From contig NC_086109.1 in assembly GCF_963921235.1 (NCBI RefSeq), forward strand, positions 11,038,001 to 11,102,000: a DNA stretch of 64,000 bases. Direction: 5' to 3'. Shown here piece by piece: positions 38,654-51,349 of the stretch. Made by a program: the position numbers and the translations under genes. The first letter of the stretch is position 1; each line of letters starts with the position of its first letter. The stretch is from Mobula hypostoma (taxonomy: Eukaryota). The notes beneath the pieces are model-generated. The model searched no databases. It had not been told where the DNA came from and saw only the letters and a list, made by a program, of their open reading frames with translations.

Positions 38654-40217
38654 GTGAGTGAAATATCTTAAGTTAAGTATCCACCACCTTATGTGCAACA
38701 CTGCCACTCAGTTATGAGTTATTTTGTAGAGAGGATGTTGCAAATGTTAGTGAAGCAGGGCCGATCAGAAGTTTATTATTTAGTAAACACACGCGCCTGT
38801 TTTTTTTCTGTGTGTGAAAAAGCACCGTCTGATTTCATTTGGTAATTGATATGTTTGGAGCAGGATTTTCCGAAAGAATGCGGTGCCTCGCTTAATGAAG
38901 ATGTTTATATACTATCAGCATTGCATTCAAGTTCTGAATCAACAATGTGTGATACAAATCGCGTGAGCTGCTTCTTCATGCATTATTCGACCAGAAGTCG
39001 AAATGTGCGCTGATGATTGCAGGAGGTTCAATTCCAGCAAATGGAAACGGACAATTGATCTTGTGGTTTCAGAAGGGTCTCGAAGGTTCAAGATGAAGGG
39101 TTTCAACCCGAAACGTCGACTGCCCCCCCCCCCCCCGATGCTGCCTGACCTGCTAGGCTCCTCCAGCAACTTGTTTGTTGCTCCTGATTAGGCACTGGTG
39201 AGCTGTCGTGTCGCAATCTTTGTGGTGCAAATTCTTCCACAGTTCTGCTGTTAGGGATTTCCGGGACTGAACTGCGTCAATAATAAATAATGGTGATCTG
39301 TTTGCAAGTTGTTCTCCGTCAGTTAGGAACGTATTGAAGCCAAAATTAGATTAGCCATTGAACAGCAGAACAGGCTGGAAGGGCAGAATGGTCTACTTCT
39401 GCTTCAACTTCCAAGGACACGAGAAGGGTTAATTGAACAGGACTATAGTCATGTGATAATAACAAACCAATATCAGCTTGGACTGGGAGCTGGAAAGTAC
39501 GTATTTAAATATTCACAAGGCTTATCATCTCTCCTCATACATGCTGGGATGCAATTATGCGCACGTAAGCAAGAGCTCTGCAAAAATTTCACCCTCAATT
39601 ATTGCTCAGGGACAATTTTGAGCACTGGAATTATGAAAGCTTAAATAGGGTTGTGTCGGTTTCTTTAAGGTAGAGGCAGCTAAGGGGAAATTTACACAAC
39701 ATGCTGGTTGAACTCAAGCAGGTCAAACAGCATCTTTGGAGAGGAATAATGAGTCGACGTTCACCTGGCTTCACCTATCACCTTTCAGCTTGTACTCCTT
39801 CCCCTCTTCCCACCTTCTTATCCTGGCTTCTTCCCCGTTCTTTTCCAGTCCTGATGAAGGGTCTCAGCCTGAAATTTTGACTTTTTATTCCTCTCCATAG
39901 ATGTTGCCTGAACTACTGGGTTCCTTCAGCATTTTGTGTGTGTTGCTCAAGACTTCCAGCATCTGCAGAATCTCTTGTGCTTAAGGGGGAAGTTAATTGC
40001 ATTGCAGGGGCCGAGAGAGAAAGGATGGGAAAAATCTATTTCTCACAGCAAAGGTCAGTCGCCAGAGGCCATGGAGTTAAAGTAAAATGGGAGTAGGATA
40101 GTGAGGTGTTTATTCTGCCCATAGAATGGTTCAGTCAGAGACTCCTGATCTGAAAATTTAAAATATGCTGGAACTCTCAGCAGCTCAGATGACATTTGTG
40201 GAAAAAGAAAGAGAGTT

Positions 40218-40522
40218 ATAGGCATCCGTTAGTCTCGTGAGACCATGGATTTGCGCCTTGGAAGGTTTCCAGGGTGCAGGCCTGGGCAAGGTTGTATGGA
40301 AGACCGGCGGTTGCCCATGCTGCAAGTCTCCCCTCTCCATGCCACCGATGTTGTCCAAGGGAAGGTCACTAGGGCTGATACAGCTTGGCATTGGTGTCGT
40401 CGCAGAGCAATACGTGGTTAAGTGCCTTGCTCAGGGACACAACATGCTGCCTCACCTGAGGCTTGAACTAGTGACCTTCAGATTACTAGACCAATGCCTT
40501 AACCACTTGGCTGTGCACCAAC
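40218..40522 (-). mobile_element. tRNA-derived SINE with CORE-like domain
   Basis: Minus strand cagccaagtggttaaggc (A box), agttcaagcc (B box), gtgtccctgagcaaggcacttaacc. Confidence 0.7.
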
Positions 40523-40897
40523 AACAGTTATTGTTTCATAATCATGGCCGTAGAATATAGCAGATAGAAGGAAGCCCTTTGGCCCCACCCAGTCAGTTTC
40601 AAATTGCTTTTCTGCCCAGTCCCATCTACCTCCATATCCCTCCCATCGCTGTACCTATCCAACCTATTTTAAATGTTGCAATTGAACCTGCATCCACCAT
40701 TTACACTGAAATGGTGGATGCAGGTTCATTTCCACACTTGCACCACCTCTTTGGGCTAGGTCAGGCCAGATAGCTTTTCGTCTATCAGATAATTTGTAAC
40801 TTGTGCTATTTTGCACTGTTGGTATGCAACTTGTGAAAAACTAGCACCATCCTCTGAGTGAAGAAGTTCTCCTTCAGGTTTCACCCTAAACCTAATA

Positions 40898-42136
40898 CAG
40901 GTTGAGTATCCCTTATCCAAAATTTCAACATCAAGAAACCTTCAGAATCCTCCGAAATTCAATTTATCTTGAGCACTGAAATGACATCACAAATGGAAAA
41001 TGCCACAAGACACTGACACAAAGCCTCTGCAGATCACAGATAGTTCTGAGAAGTGACCTCACATATAGAAACATAGAAAATAGGTGCAGGAGTAGGCCAT
41101 TTGGCCCTTCAAGCCTGCATCGCCATTCAGTACGATCATGGCTGATCATCCAACTCAGAACCCTGTACCTGCCTTCTCTCCATACCCCCTGATCCCTTTA
41201 GCCACAAGGGCCATATCTAACTCCCTCTTAAATATAGCCAATGAACTGGCCTCAACTGTTTCCTGTGGCAGAGAATTCCACAGATTCACCACTCTCTATG
41301 TGAAGAAGTTTTTCCTCATCTCGGTCGTAAAAGGCTTCCCTTTTATCCTCAAACTGTGACCCCTCGTTCTGGACTTCCCCAACATCAGGAACAATCTTCC
41401 TGCATCTAGCCTGTCCAATCCCTTTAGAATTTTATACATTTCAATCAGATCCCCCTTCAAGCTTCTAAATTTGTATGTAATGTAATGAATGGAAATTAAA
41501 GAAAAATAGAAAAACACTGCATAAAGCAAAAAATAATAATTTTGATCATGTCATCATAATCAGTGTGAACATCTGCTGCTTAATGGTATGCCAATCATGA
41601 AACGAGCAAAGATCTATTATGGCAAACTGGAAATTTAAGGTAATTATGAATATTCAGCAGGTTGCAGAAATTTAAGAAAAGGCATGCCTTAAATTTTTAA
41701 AGCATTTGCTGATCTTGAAAATCTAGCACCAGAACAAGTCTCCAGTGCTGATGGTTTTTGTATCTTACATAAAAACTAGAAAAAGTGAAATACAAATACA
41801 GTGTACTGTAACCTTTTAATCAAAACACTGTGGATGGGGACTGAAAGCCTGCCATTGTTTGTTGTTGCTCAACAGCTGATTCAGGTATTCTCCCAATGTT
41901 GCTGTGCTGGTATTGTTACCCTGCACACATTATATTTTCATTATGTTAATAGTACGGAATAATTTTTACTGTTAAGTACATATGTGTGATGAACAAGTGT
42001 AAGATAAAGACTGCTTACCAGTAGCACATAAATTTAGAGTTGGAAATTACGTCGATCCCAAGCTATCTCACTATATATTCCAAAATAGGAAAAAATCCAA
42101 AACAGTTCCTGCCCAAGCATTTCGGATTTCAACCTG
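40898..42136 (+). mobile_element. Tigger/pogo (Tigger4/Zombi-like) deleted DNA transposon with a CR1 3' end inserted at ~41063-41470
   Basis: TA-CAGGTTGAGTATCCCTTATCC left TIR, right end cccaagcatttcgga..tcaacctg. Remnant LNGMPIMKRAKIYY..LEI..YEYSAG..QKFKKRH..ENLAPEQV. Confidence 0.85.
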
Positions 42137-42572
42137 AAGTATATGCAATTCTAGTCGCCTACCTGCAGGAAAGGTATCATGACTTTGTAAGTGTGCAGAG
42201 AAAGTTTCCACAGAGTGCAAAGTGTGCAGAGTGTTGTCAGGGCTTGATGACCTGAATTATAGGGAAAGGTTGAGTAGGTTAAGACTTAATTCCCTGGCGT
42301 GTAGGAGAATGAAGGGAGATTTGATAAAGGTATACAAAATCATGAGGGGTATAGATAGGTAAATGTAACCAGGCTTTTACCACTGAAATTGGATGAGACT
42401 CGAATTAGGGATCTTGATAGCAGTGTTAGTTATCTGTATACCATGCAGGTAAATCATGCATCCAGACAAAATGTAGGGCGAAATTTGTTCACTTGGACGA
42501 AAAATGAATATGCAATATCCATTGTGGCCAATAGATGGTGTCTGAGGTGATTTTTGAATAGAATATCTAAAG

Positions 42573-43729
42573 CAGGGGTCCCCAACCTTTTTCGTACTGC
42601 GGACCGGTTTCGTATTGACAATATTCTTGCGGACTGGCCGACCGGGGTGGGGGGGGGGGTGCGCCAACGGACAAGAGTAGCAGTCAAATACGCAGGGTTT
42701 ACCCCGAAAAGACTACAATGACCATGAAGCCTTGCGCGGGCACCATTGCGCATGCGTGCACAATTTTTTTCTCTACAAATCATTTTTAGCGATTCTGTTC
42801 GGGGGGGGGGGTGTTGTTAATCACGACCGGAATATAGATGATAATTAGCTAATACACTCAATTTCGTTTGAAAAGGCTTTATCTAACGAATTTAATATTA
42901 AACACACAGCGCATATTTTCCTCGCATGAATATAGTGATAAGTCAATTATCAGGGGAGCTTGAAGTAAATGTTGAACGAACTTCCAGTAGAAGTGGTAGA
43001 GGCAGGTTCGATATTATCATTTAAAGAAAATTTGGATAGGTATATGGACAGGAAAGGAATGGAGGGTTATGGGCTAAGTGCAGGTCGGTGGGACTAGGTG
43101 AGAGTAGCGTGCGGCACGGGCTAGAAGGGCAGAGATGGCCTGTTTCCGTGCTGTAATTGTTATATAGTTATATAAGTCAATAGCATCATAACATTTTAAG
43201 TATCTTTTGGATATTAAACACACAGCACATTTTTCCCCGTATGAACATATAAAATTATTGCAACACACCAATATCGCTGAATCAGTGGGAGCCCTGGACT
43301 TGTTTTCCTGCAACAAGACGGTCCTATCGAAGGGTGACGAGAGACAGCGATACTCGAAGGGGGTTCCTTATGTCCAGTCTATTCCACAATGTAGTTTTCA
43401 TTGCAGAGATACGTTGGAAATGGAAGCAACGTTTTCAGTGCTTTTGTGGCTACCTCAGGATATTCAGCCTTGACTTTGATCCATAATGCCGGCAGAGATG
43501 TTATATCAAACATACTTTTCAGCCCGCTGTCATTTGCAAGCTCAAGGAGTTAATCTTGTTCCCGCGCTGAAATGGATGACGCGCGGGTAATGTCCTCACA
43601 TGCGTAATGGCTCAACAGTGGGCGTGGCAGGGAATGAGAAAAGGTGCAGCTGACTCATATTGCCAAATCATATCGTTTCCTCGCGGCCCAGTAGCGCATG
43701 CACTGCGGCCCGGTGGTTGGGGACCGCTG
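42573..43729 (-). mobile_element. hAT-Charlie (Charlie3/MER1-like) non-autonomous transposon
   Basis: TIRs CAGGGGTCCCCAACC / GGTTGGGGACCGCTG, perfect 8-bp TSD ATCTAAAG. Transposase C-terminus LLELANDSGLKSMF..WIKVKAEYPEVATKALKTLLPFPT..DRLVAGKQVQGSH* (43282-43580). Confidence 0.95.
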
Positions 43730-44291
43730 ATCTAAAGGTCAGCTTTATTTGTCATATGTACATCAAAACCTGTTTATGTCAACACAAATGAAAAAATCTA
43801 CAGATGCTGGAAATCCGAGCAACATACACAAAATGCTGGAGGAACTCAGCAGGCCAGGCAGCATCTATGGGAAAAAAAGTACAGTCGTCATTTTAGGCCC
43901 TGCAAACCTTTCAAACAAATGTTTTGTTTTCATCAACAACCAACACAATCTGAGGATGTGCTGGGGGTGGCTTGCAAGTGTTACCATGCTTCTCTCAACT
44001 TACTATCCATAATCTGTGCATCTTTGAAATGTGGGAGGAAACCAGTGCACCCAAAGGAAACTCACATAGCTACGGGGAGAGGTCCTTGCAGACAGTGCCA
44101 GGAATTGACCCCGAACAATGGTGCTGTAAAGCGTTTTGCTAACTCTTATGCTACCGTGCTGCATTGATCTTGAATGAACGATAGCAGCCTTAATATGCAT
44201 TGGAAATCCAAAGTATGCATGAAGATCTGTTCACTAGACCGTCTGTTGTGTAAGGTCATGTCGCTCTGCCGCATGAAACTGAAAGATTGTA

Positions 44292-45400
44292 TGCAACACA
44301 CATAAAATGCTGGGGGAACTCAGCAGGTCAGGCAGCATTTAGAAAACGAATAAGCAGTCGATGTTTCAGGCTGGGAATCTTATTCCAGACCGGAAAGGAA
44401 GGGGAAGATGCCAGAATCAAAAGGTGGGGGTAGGGGAAGGAGGATAGCTAGAAGGTGAGAGGTGAAGCCAGGTGGGTAGGAAGGATAAAGGGCTGGAGAG
44501 GAAGGAATCTGATTGGAGAGGAGAGTGGATAATAGGAGAAAGGGAAGGAGGAGGGGACCTGGGGGAGGTGATAGGTTGGTGAGAAGAGGTAAGGAGCCAG
44601 AGAGGGGAAAAGAAGAAGAGAGGAGGCAGAAGAAAATGTTTTTTTACTAGAAGGAGAAATTGATATTCATGCCATCAGGTTGGAGGCTACCCAGATGGAA
44701 AATAATGTGTTGCTCTTCCACCTTGGTGAGTGGCCTCGTCTGGCACAAGAGGAGGCAACAGACCGACGTGTTGGAATGGGAATTGGAATTAAAATGTTTG
44801 GCCATCTGGAAGTTTCACTTTCGGCAGGTGGAGTGGAGGTGCTTGGCAAAGCGGTCCTCCCACTTACAACGGGTCTCGCAAATGTAGGGGAGGCCACATC
44901 GGGAGCAGTAGACACAATAGACAACCCCAGTAAACTTGCAGGTGTCATGTTGCTTCACCTACAAGGACTAATGGGCCTTGAATGGAAATGAGGGACGAAG
45001 TGAATGGCCGCTTGCAGAGATAAATGCCAGGAGGGAGATTAGTGTGAGGGACGGATGGACATGTGAATCATGGAGGGAGCAATCCCTGTGGAAAGCAGAG
45101 AGAGGGAGAGTGGTAAAGATATGTTTGGTGGTAAGATCCCTTTGGAGATGGTAGAAGTTGCAGAAGATGATGTGTTGGATGTGGAGGCTCATAGGTTGTA
45201 GGCAAGGGTAAGGGGAACTCTATCATTGTTAAAATGGCAGGAAGATGGGGTGAGTGTGGATGTTTGGGGGATGGAGGAGATGTGAGTGAGGGCAGTGTCA
45301 ATGGTGGAAGAAGGGAAACCTCATTCTGTGAAGAAGGAGGACATCTCTGATGTCCTCGAAAGGAGAGCCTCATCCTTGTACCAGATGTGGTGGAGATGAA
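44292..45400 (-). mobile_element. Penelope-like element, older subfamily, degraded
   Basis: Homologous to 53180-54350 (IQHIIFCNFYHLQRD, GIY-YIG tail) with the aaaatgctgg..gaactcagcaggtcaggcagcat terminus. Confidence 0.85.
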
Positions 45401-46005
45401 GGAAATCTAAAGATTCTGTGACACTTTTCAAAAGTGCTGAACCTCTGGACTTCTCAAGGGGTTTGGAGTCTGGCTCATTAAAATAATTTAAAGTTAAAGT
45501 AAATACAATAAAATTTGTGAAAACTATACATAAACAAAGACTGATAAACAACCAGTGTGCCAAAATAAGACAGAAGTGCAAATTGCTTATGTGTGTATGT
45601 GTAAGCAGTGAGGGCTTTGTAATGTAAAGTGGAGGAAGATGTATTTTTTGAAAGAATGGGGGATTGAGGGCTGCAGGGATCTGGTACAGAGTAGGAGTTG
45701 AGGCCTGTTGTAGATTAGCAGGCTTGAGGGGCCAAAGGGCTTACTCCTGCTGCTATTTTTTTTAATGTTCTGTAAAAGAAATGTGCTGTGTTTGCTGGTG
45801 ACCATGCACAAGTCATGAAAGGAACAAATATATGGTGTGACAATCAGTGGGCTTCTGTGTCCTGGATGGTCTTGTTGATGGAGTCACATCACACTCATCC
45901 AGGCAAGGGGAGAGTACACGACCTGACTTTGCTTTGCAGCTGGTTGAAAGGTTTTGGGGCGCCAAAATGTCACAAGGAAAATTAACCCTCTGTAACCATA
46001 ATATA

Positions 46006-46499
46006 CAGTTCTGTGCAAAAGTCTTATATAGCTGGGGTACTAAAGACAGTACTGTATTTGTCAACTTGGAGCGGAGAGTGAGTTTGCAAATCTGGTGGGA
46101 GCAGACGATGTTGGGAATGGCAAGGTGGAGCACCAGGGAAAGGGTTTGGGACAGGTGGCAGAGAAGGAGTGCTAGGGTGGGGAGTGGCATGGGTGCAGAC
46201 ACACCCAGCCCTGAGACAACAGGCAAGGTCATTTGATTCCAAACAATTGCTAAATTGATCATTACAGAATATCTCTCTGGTGCTTCTTGCTCCCTCCCTT
46301 CTCCCTTCCCCTTTTCCCAACCAAAATTCCCTTCTTCCTGCCCTTTTCCCACTCTCAGTCCACAATAGGCACCTGTGTCAGAATCAGGTTTATCATCACT
46401 CACATACGTCATGAAATTTGTTTTCTTTTGTTGTGGAAGCAGAACAGTACAATATGCAAAATTACTACAGTACTGCGCAAAAGTCTTAGGTGCCCTAGC
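46006..46499 (-). mobile_element. Second copy of the composite Tc1-MITE element, distal TIR replaced by microsatellite
   Basis: Reverse-complement alignment to ~3464-3980, including the passenger and the terminal variant CAGTTCTGTGC. Confidence 0.8.
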
Positions 46500-48204
46500 T
46501 CTCTCTCTCTGTACATACATACATACATATATGTATGGTTGGATCATATTGAGTTTCTAGCGAAATACTGACCTCCAGGAGGTGGGTGGCAGGGGACTTA
46601 GTCATAGTAATTGTGCTGCCACCTCACTCTTTTTGGATAGGTCTGTTATCACATCTACCATCAACTTCTAGACTCTTCATTGAGCGGGGCTGCTCCCTTG
46701 GCTTGATGGCAGTGGTAGAGCGAGGGATAAGTTACAGTCTGGCAGAGTCCATTTTTACCTTTATTTGTGGTCTGTTTGAGATGAATCCCATTGTGTAATG
46801 GTAGCACCATCTTACACAATGGAGGTAATGCTTGGTGAAAATAAATGGAATAACTGTTACATTAGCATGTGGGTAGGTCACTTGTATGAGTTCTTTCGTG
46901 GACTGAGGTATGTATGACAGATAGGTGGATGAGAACAAGGTCCATAAGTCAAGTAGGTTAATGATGTTCTTTCGTTTCCACCTGTCATGGACTCAGTCTT
47001 ACTGTTTACTCAGCCCATTCTTGATGATAGGCATTGAACTTCACCCAGAGTACATTTCTGGACCAAGTAGTCTTCAATGCAGGGGGAGCACTGATTCAGT
47101 CAGACAAGAACAGTACGTGGCATTTGGGAGAGTTCCTTGGCTGTGTTTGACAATACAAGACTTCATGGAGTCCATGATCAATTTGAAGAGTTCCATTCCT
47201 TTCCAATTGTTTTCCACTGCTGTTGGGACTTATCCAACGAACGATAGAATGCACTCAAGGATTGTGATAGGTGATTCTAGATGTTGACTGAAGGATATAA
47301 TTCTATGAATAAAATTGTTGCTGGATTACCCGTTAACACTGTCCTGTTAGACAGCTTTTTCATCTTGGAGCTCATTAATGGATATCCATGAGAAGGAATT
47401 TGCAAATTGATTGGATTGAGTGACATTTGAATTCAAAGTTCAAAAGTTCAAAGTAAATTTTATTATCAGAGTACACATATGTCGTCACATACAACCCTGA
47501 GATTCTTTTTCCTGTGGGCATACTCAGCAAATCTATAGAATAGTAACTATTACAGGATCAATGAAAGATCAGGTAGAGCATAGATGTCAACAAATGCAAA
47601 TATAAATAAGTAGTAATAAATAACAAGAGCATGAAAGAACAAGGTAAAGAATTCTTAATGTGAGATCACTGGTTGTGGGAACATCTCAGTAGATGAGCGT
47701 AGTTATCCTCTTTTGTTCAAGAGCCTGGTGTTTGAGGGGTAGCAACTGTTGTTGAACCTGGTGCTGCGTGTCCTGATGCAGTTGTACCTTCTTCACATGA
47801 GTTGATGCTAAGTTGTTCGTATCATTTTATTTTTATTTTGATCAGACATTTTGGTTTAATACCACAGACCTGCTTAGTCATTATGGTTAATAATCGACCG
47901 CTTTGTTCTGGGAATCTAATCACTTAGGGGACACAGTCCAAAAAAGGATGGGAGGATTCCTTCCCTGAAGAAAAGTAGTGAACAAGGTAGGTTTTTATAA
48001 CAGACAAGTAGATTCAAGATCACCACAATTGGCACTAGATTTGATAAAACTTCATGCTTGATTAGTTACCTGAATTCAGATTGCCCAGCAGCTCTCGTGA
48101 CATTTTAACATAGTCCAGGCTTCTGGTAACTCATTGAACCAATTGATGATTTTTTTTTTCTCTTAAAGACGGTGAGTGCTGTTCCAAAGAATGAGCAAAG
48201 TGAT

Positions 48205-48985
48205 ATAAATTTATTATAAAAAGTCCTGAGATTCATTTTCTTGTGGGCATACTCAATAAATCCATGGAGTAATAACCATAACAGAATCAATGAAAGACCA
48301 CACCAATTTGGGAGTTCAACCAGTGTGTGAAAGACAACAAACTGTGCAAATACAAAGAGAAAGAATTAACAATAATAATAAATAAGCAATAAATATTAAG
48401 AACATGAGATGAAGAGCCCTTGAAAGAGAGTCCATTGTTTGAGGGAACATTTCAAAGGTGAGTGAAGTTGTTCCCTTTGGATCAAGAGCCTGATGGTTGA
48501 GGGGTAGAAACTGTCCCCTGAACCTGGTGGAATGAGTCTTGAGGCTCCTGTACCTCTTCCTGATGGCAGCAACGAGAAGAGAGCATGTCCTGGGTGGCGG
48601 GGATCTCTGATGATGGATGCTGCTTCCCTGTGACAGCGCTTCATGTGCTCTATGGTGGGGAAGGCTTTACCCCTGATGGACTGGGCTGCATCCACTCCTT
48701 TTTGTAGGATTTTCTGTTCAAGGGTATTGGTGTCTCCATATCAGGCGGTGATGCAGACAGTCAATATACACTTCACTGCACATCTATAGAAGTTTGTTAA
48801 AGTTTTAGATGTCATGCCAAATCTTTGCAGACTCCCGAGTAAGCAGAGGCGCTGCCGTAATTTCTTCATAATTGCAGTTTGGTGCTGGGCCCGGGACAGA
48901 CCCTCTGAAATAATAACACGGAAGAATTTAAAGTTGCTGACTCTCTCCAGCTCTGATCCTTTGATGAGTACTGGCTCATGGAGCT
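48205..48985 (-). mobile_element. Rex1/Babar LINE 3' region
   Basis: ERVSNFKF..ISEGLS..KKLRQRL..FGMTSKTLTNFYRC..ILTVCITA, IIRDPRHPGHALFSLLPSGR. Confidence 0.9.
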
Positions 48986-50933
48986 CTGATTGAGCAGTCA
49001 TTTCAGGAAATGTGGGTAGGTATATGCCTGGGGCGGTGGGGGGGGGAACATAGAGGACTTTGGTCCAAGTGCAGGTTGATGGGACTAGGCAGATTAATAG
49101 TTTGGCATAGATGAGATAGGCCAAAGAGTCTGTTTCTTTTCTGTAGTCTTCAGTGACTCTATGCCTCTAAATAGATTGCCTAAAGCTTAATGTGCTACAT
49201 GTTTTCCCCTGGTTTGTGTGATATTTTGGAGCTTACGTGTTTTGTTTGATTGACATACTACTCCTACTAACAGAGTTGCAATCTCCACAATGTGGTTGTC
49301 TGCAGGTGCTGAGCACAGATTATGTGATTATGTATTCTGAGTGCAGAGAGTTCACACAGTTCGTGTTTAATTTTAGGACAGGATGCAGATTCCCATTTGC
49401 TTCCTCTGCCTCTTTCCTGACTTCCCCAGTGTTACATGTCTACCTTGCACCATCATTCCCTTAGCTTCATCGAAGCATGTTTGCTAATCGATTTCTTGGC
49501 GTTTTATTTTTCAATTGTACCTTCAGAATATTGCTGCAATAGTACTCTTCAGAAGAATGTCTATTCTGAGTCACTTCACTGCTGCTACCATCTCAGACTC
49601 TTTCTGCCTTTGGTTCTGTAATTAGAACATAGAACAATGCAGCACAGTATGGGACCTTCTGCCCACAATGTTGCATTGATCTTTTAGTCTACTTGAAGAT
49701 CACTCGTAACACTTCCCTTCTACACAGCCCAGAACCCTCTTCTTTTTCATCCACATAACTAACCAAAGGACTCTTAAATGTCCCTAATGTATCAGCCTCT
49801 ACCAGTAGCCCTGGCATCGCAATCCAGCCACCCAGCACTAACTATGTTTAAAAAAAAACAACCAACCAAACAAACATGCCTCAAACATCTCCACTAAACA
49901 TTCCTCCAGTCACCTTAAAAGGATGCCTTCTGGTATTATCCAATCCCTGGCCTGGACTTGCGGACATCAGGGTTCCAACCTCCAGACGTGCCTACCCAGG
50001 AACTTCTACCCTCAGGCTTCGACTGCCAGACTTGCCGATATCTGGACTTTGGCAACCTCTGGATATTGACCCCATGAATCGCCTGTCACAGGACTTTGAT
50101 CTCCGGGCCCGATCTCCAGACATTCTAGACTTCTGGGCCTTGAACTTCTGACTTCGCCAAACTCTGGGTTTCAACCCCAGGACTTGTCAATCATGGGCAG
50201 GACCAGCAAACTGACCACCTCAGACCTCCAAACCTGGGACTTGTTGACCTCGGTAATCATCAGCCCTTGTTCTCAGAAGCTACAGATCTTGACATGCTCC
50301 ACCCCTGGGGATCACTGGCCTCCAAACTGGGAGCGTTATGTCCTGAACGTTCCCCCTGGATCCTTTCCCCAACTCTACATTCTACTCTCCCATCCCTATC
50401 CCTAATCCCTAACTGACCACCAACCTCTCACACTATTCCCAAAAACTCCTCCATACAATCATAAAAAAAACTCTCGATATTCAGTATCTAATATTGATTT
50501 TGGTCTTGCTTCCTCTTGATGACATCAAGGAATCCAAGTAGAGTTAGCTTCTATATGGACCGTGGAGAACATTCTGCATATCTGTTTGGTTTTGAGTGGC
50601 CACTGCATAGGATTGGAAAAAAACTGCAAAGAGTTGCAATCTTAGCCATTTCCATCCTTGGCGCCAGTCTCCCCAGCATCAAGGATATCTTTAAAAGGTG
50701 ATGCCTCAAAAAGGCGGTGTCCATCATTAAGGACCCCCATCACCCAGGTAATGCTCTCTTCACATTGCTAACATCAGGAAGGAAGTACAGGAGCCTGAAG
50801 ACACACACTTAATATTTTAGGAACAGCTTCTTCCCCTCCATCATCAGATTTCTGAACAGATAATGAACCAACCATGGACACTATCTCATTATTTTGGTCT
50901 CTTTTTGTACTACTTACTTAATTTGCTTTTATA

Positions 50934-51349
50934 TATTATTGTGCAAAAGTCTCAAGCACATGTAAAAACATTCTGTAAAGTGAAGATGCTTTCAAAAATA
51001 ATGAATAGTTTCTAAATATCAAAATAATTTACTATAAAGAGCAGTAAACAGTTAAAAAAAAACTAAATCAAATCAATATTTGTCGTGACCATCCTTTGTC
51101 TTTAAAACTGAATCAATTCTCTTGGGTACAATATCATGCACTTTTTTAAGAAAGTTGGCTGGTAGGTTGTTCCAAGCATCTTGGAGAACTTGCCATGGTT
51201 CATCTTCAGATTTTGGTTGTCTCGTTTGCTTCTGTCTCTCCAGATAATCCCAGACAGTCTCGATGATGTTGAGATCAGGGTTCTGTGGAGGCCATACCAT
51301 CTGAAATCATATAAAATATCTAGGGTGCTTAGGACTTTTGCACAGTACG
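50934..51349 (-). mobile_element. Internally deleted Tc1 transposon inside a Rex-type 3' end
   Basis: WPPQNPDLNIIETVW...KDGHDKY* (51073-51300). TIR remnants tgtgcaaaagtctcaagcac / gtgcttaggacttttgcacagtac. Confidence 0.9.

Noticed and set aside
45813..46547. 244-aa ORF (longest in the track)
   Set aside because: Runs through a microsatellite and the composite MITE, and the frame is not preserved in the 3428-3980 copy.
48741..49124. Host gene with DUF1891/ALKBH8-like N-terminus
   Set aside because: This motif is the Rex1/Babar ORF C-terminus and recurs in several decayed copies here.
49274..49621. Exon 2 candidates for the MTT- gene (acceptors near 49273, 49305, 49376, 49526)
   Set aside because: None combines a good acceptor, an open phase-1 frame and a credible donor.
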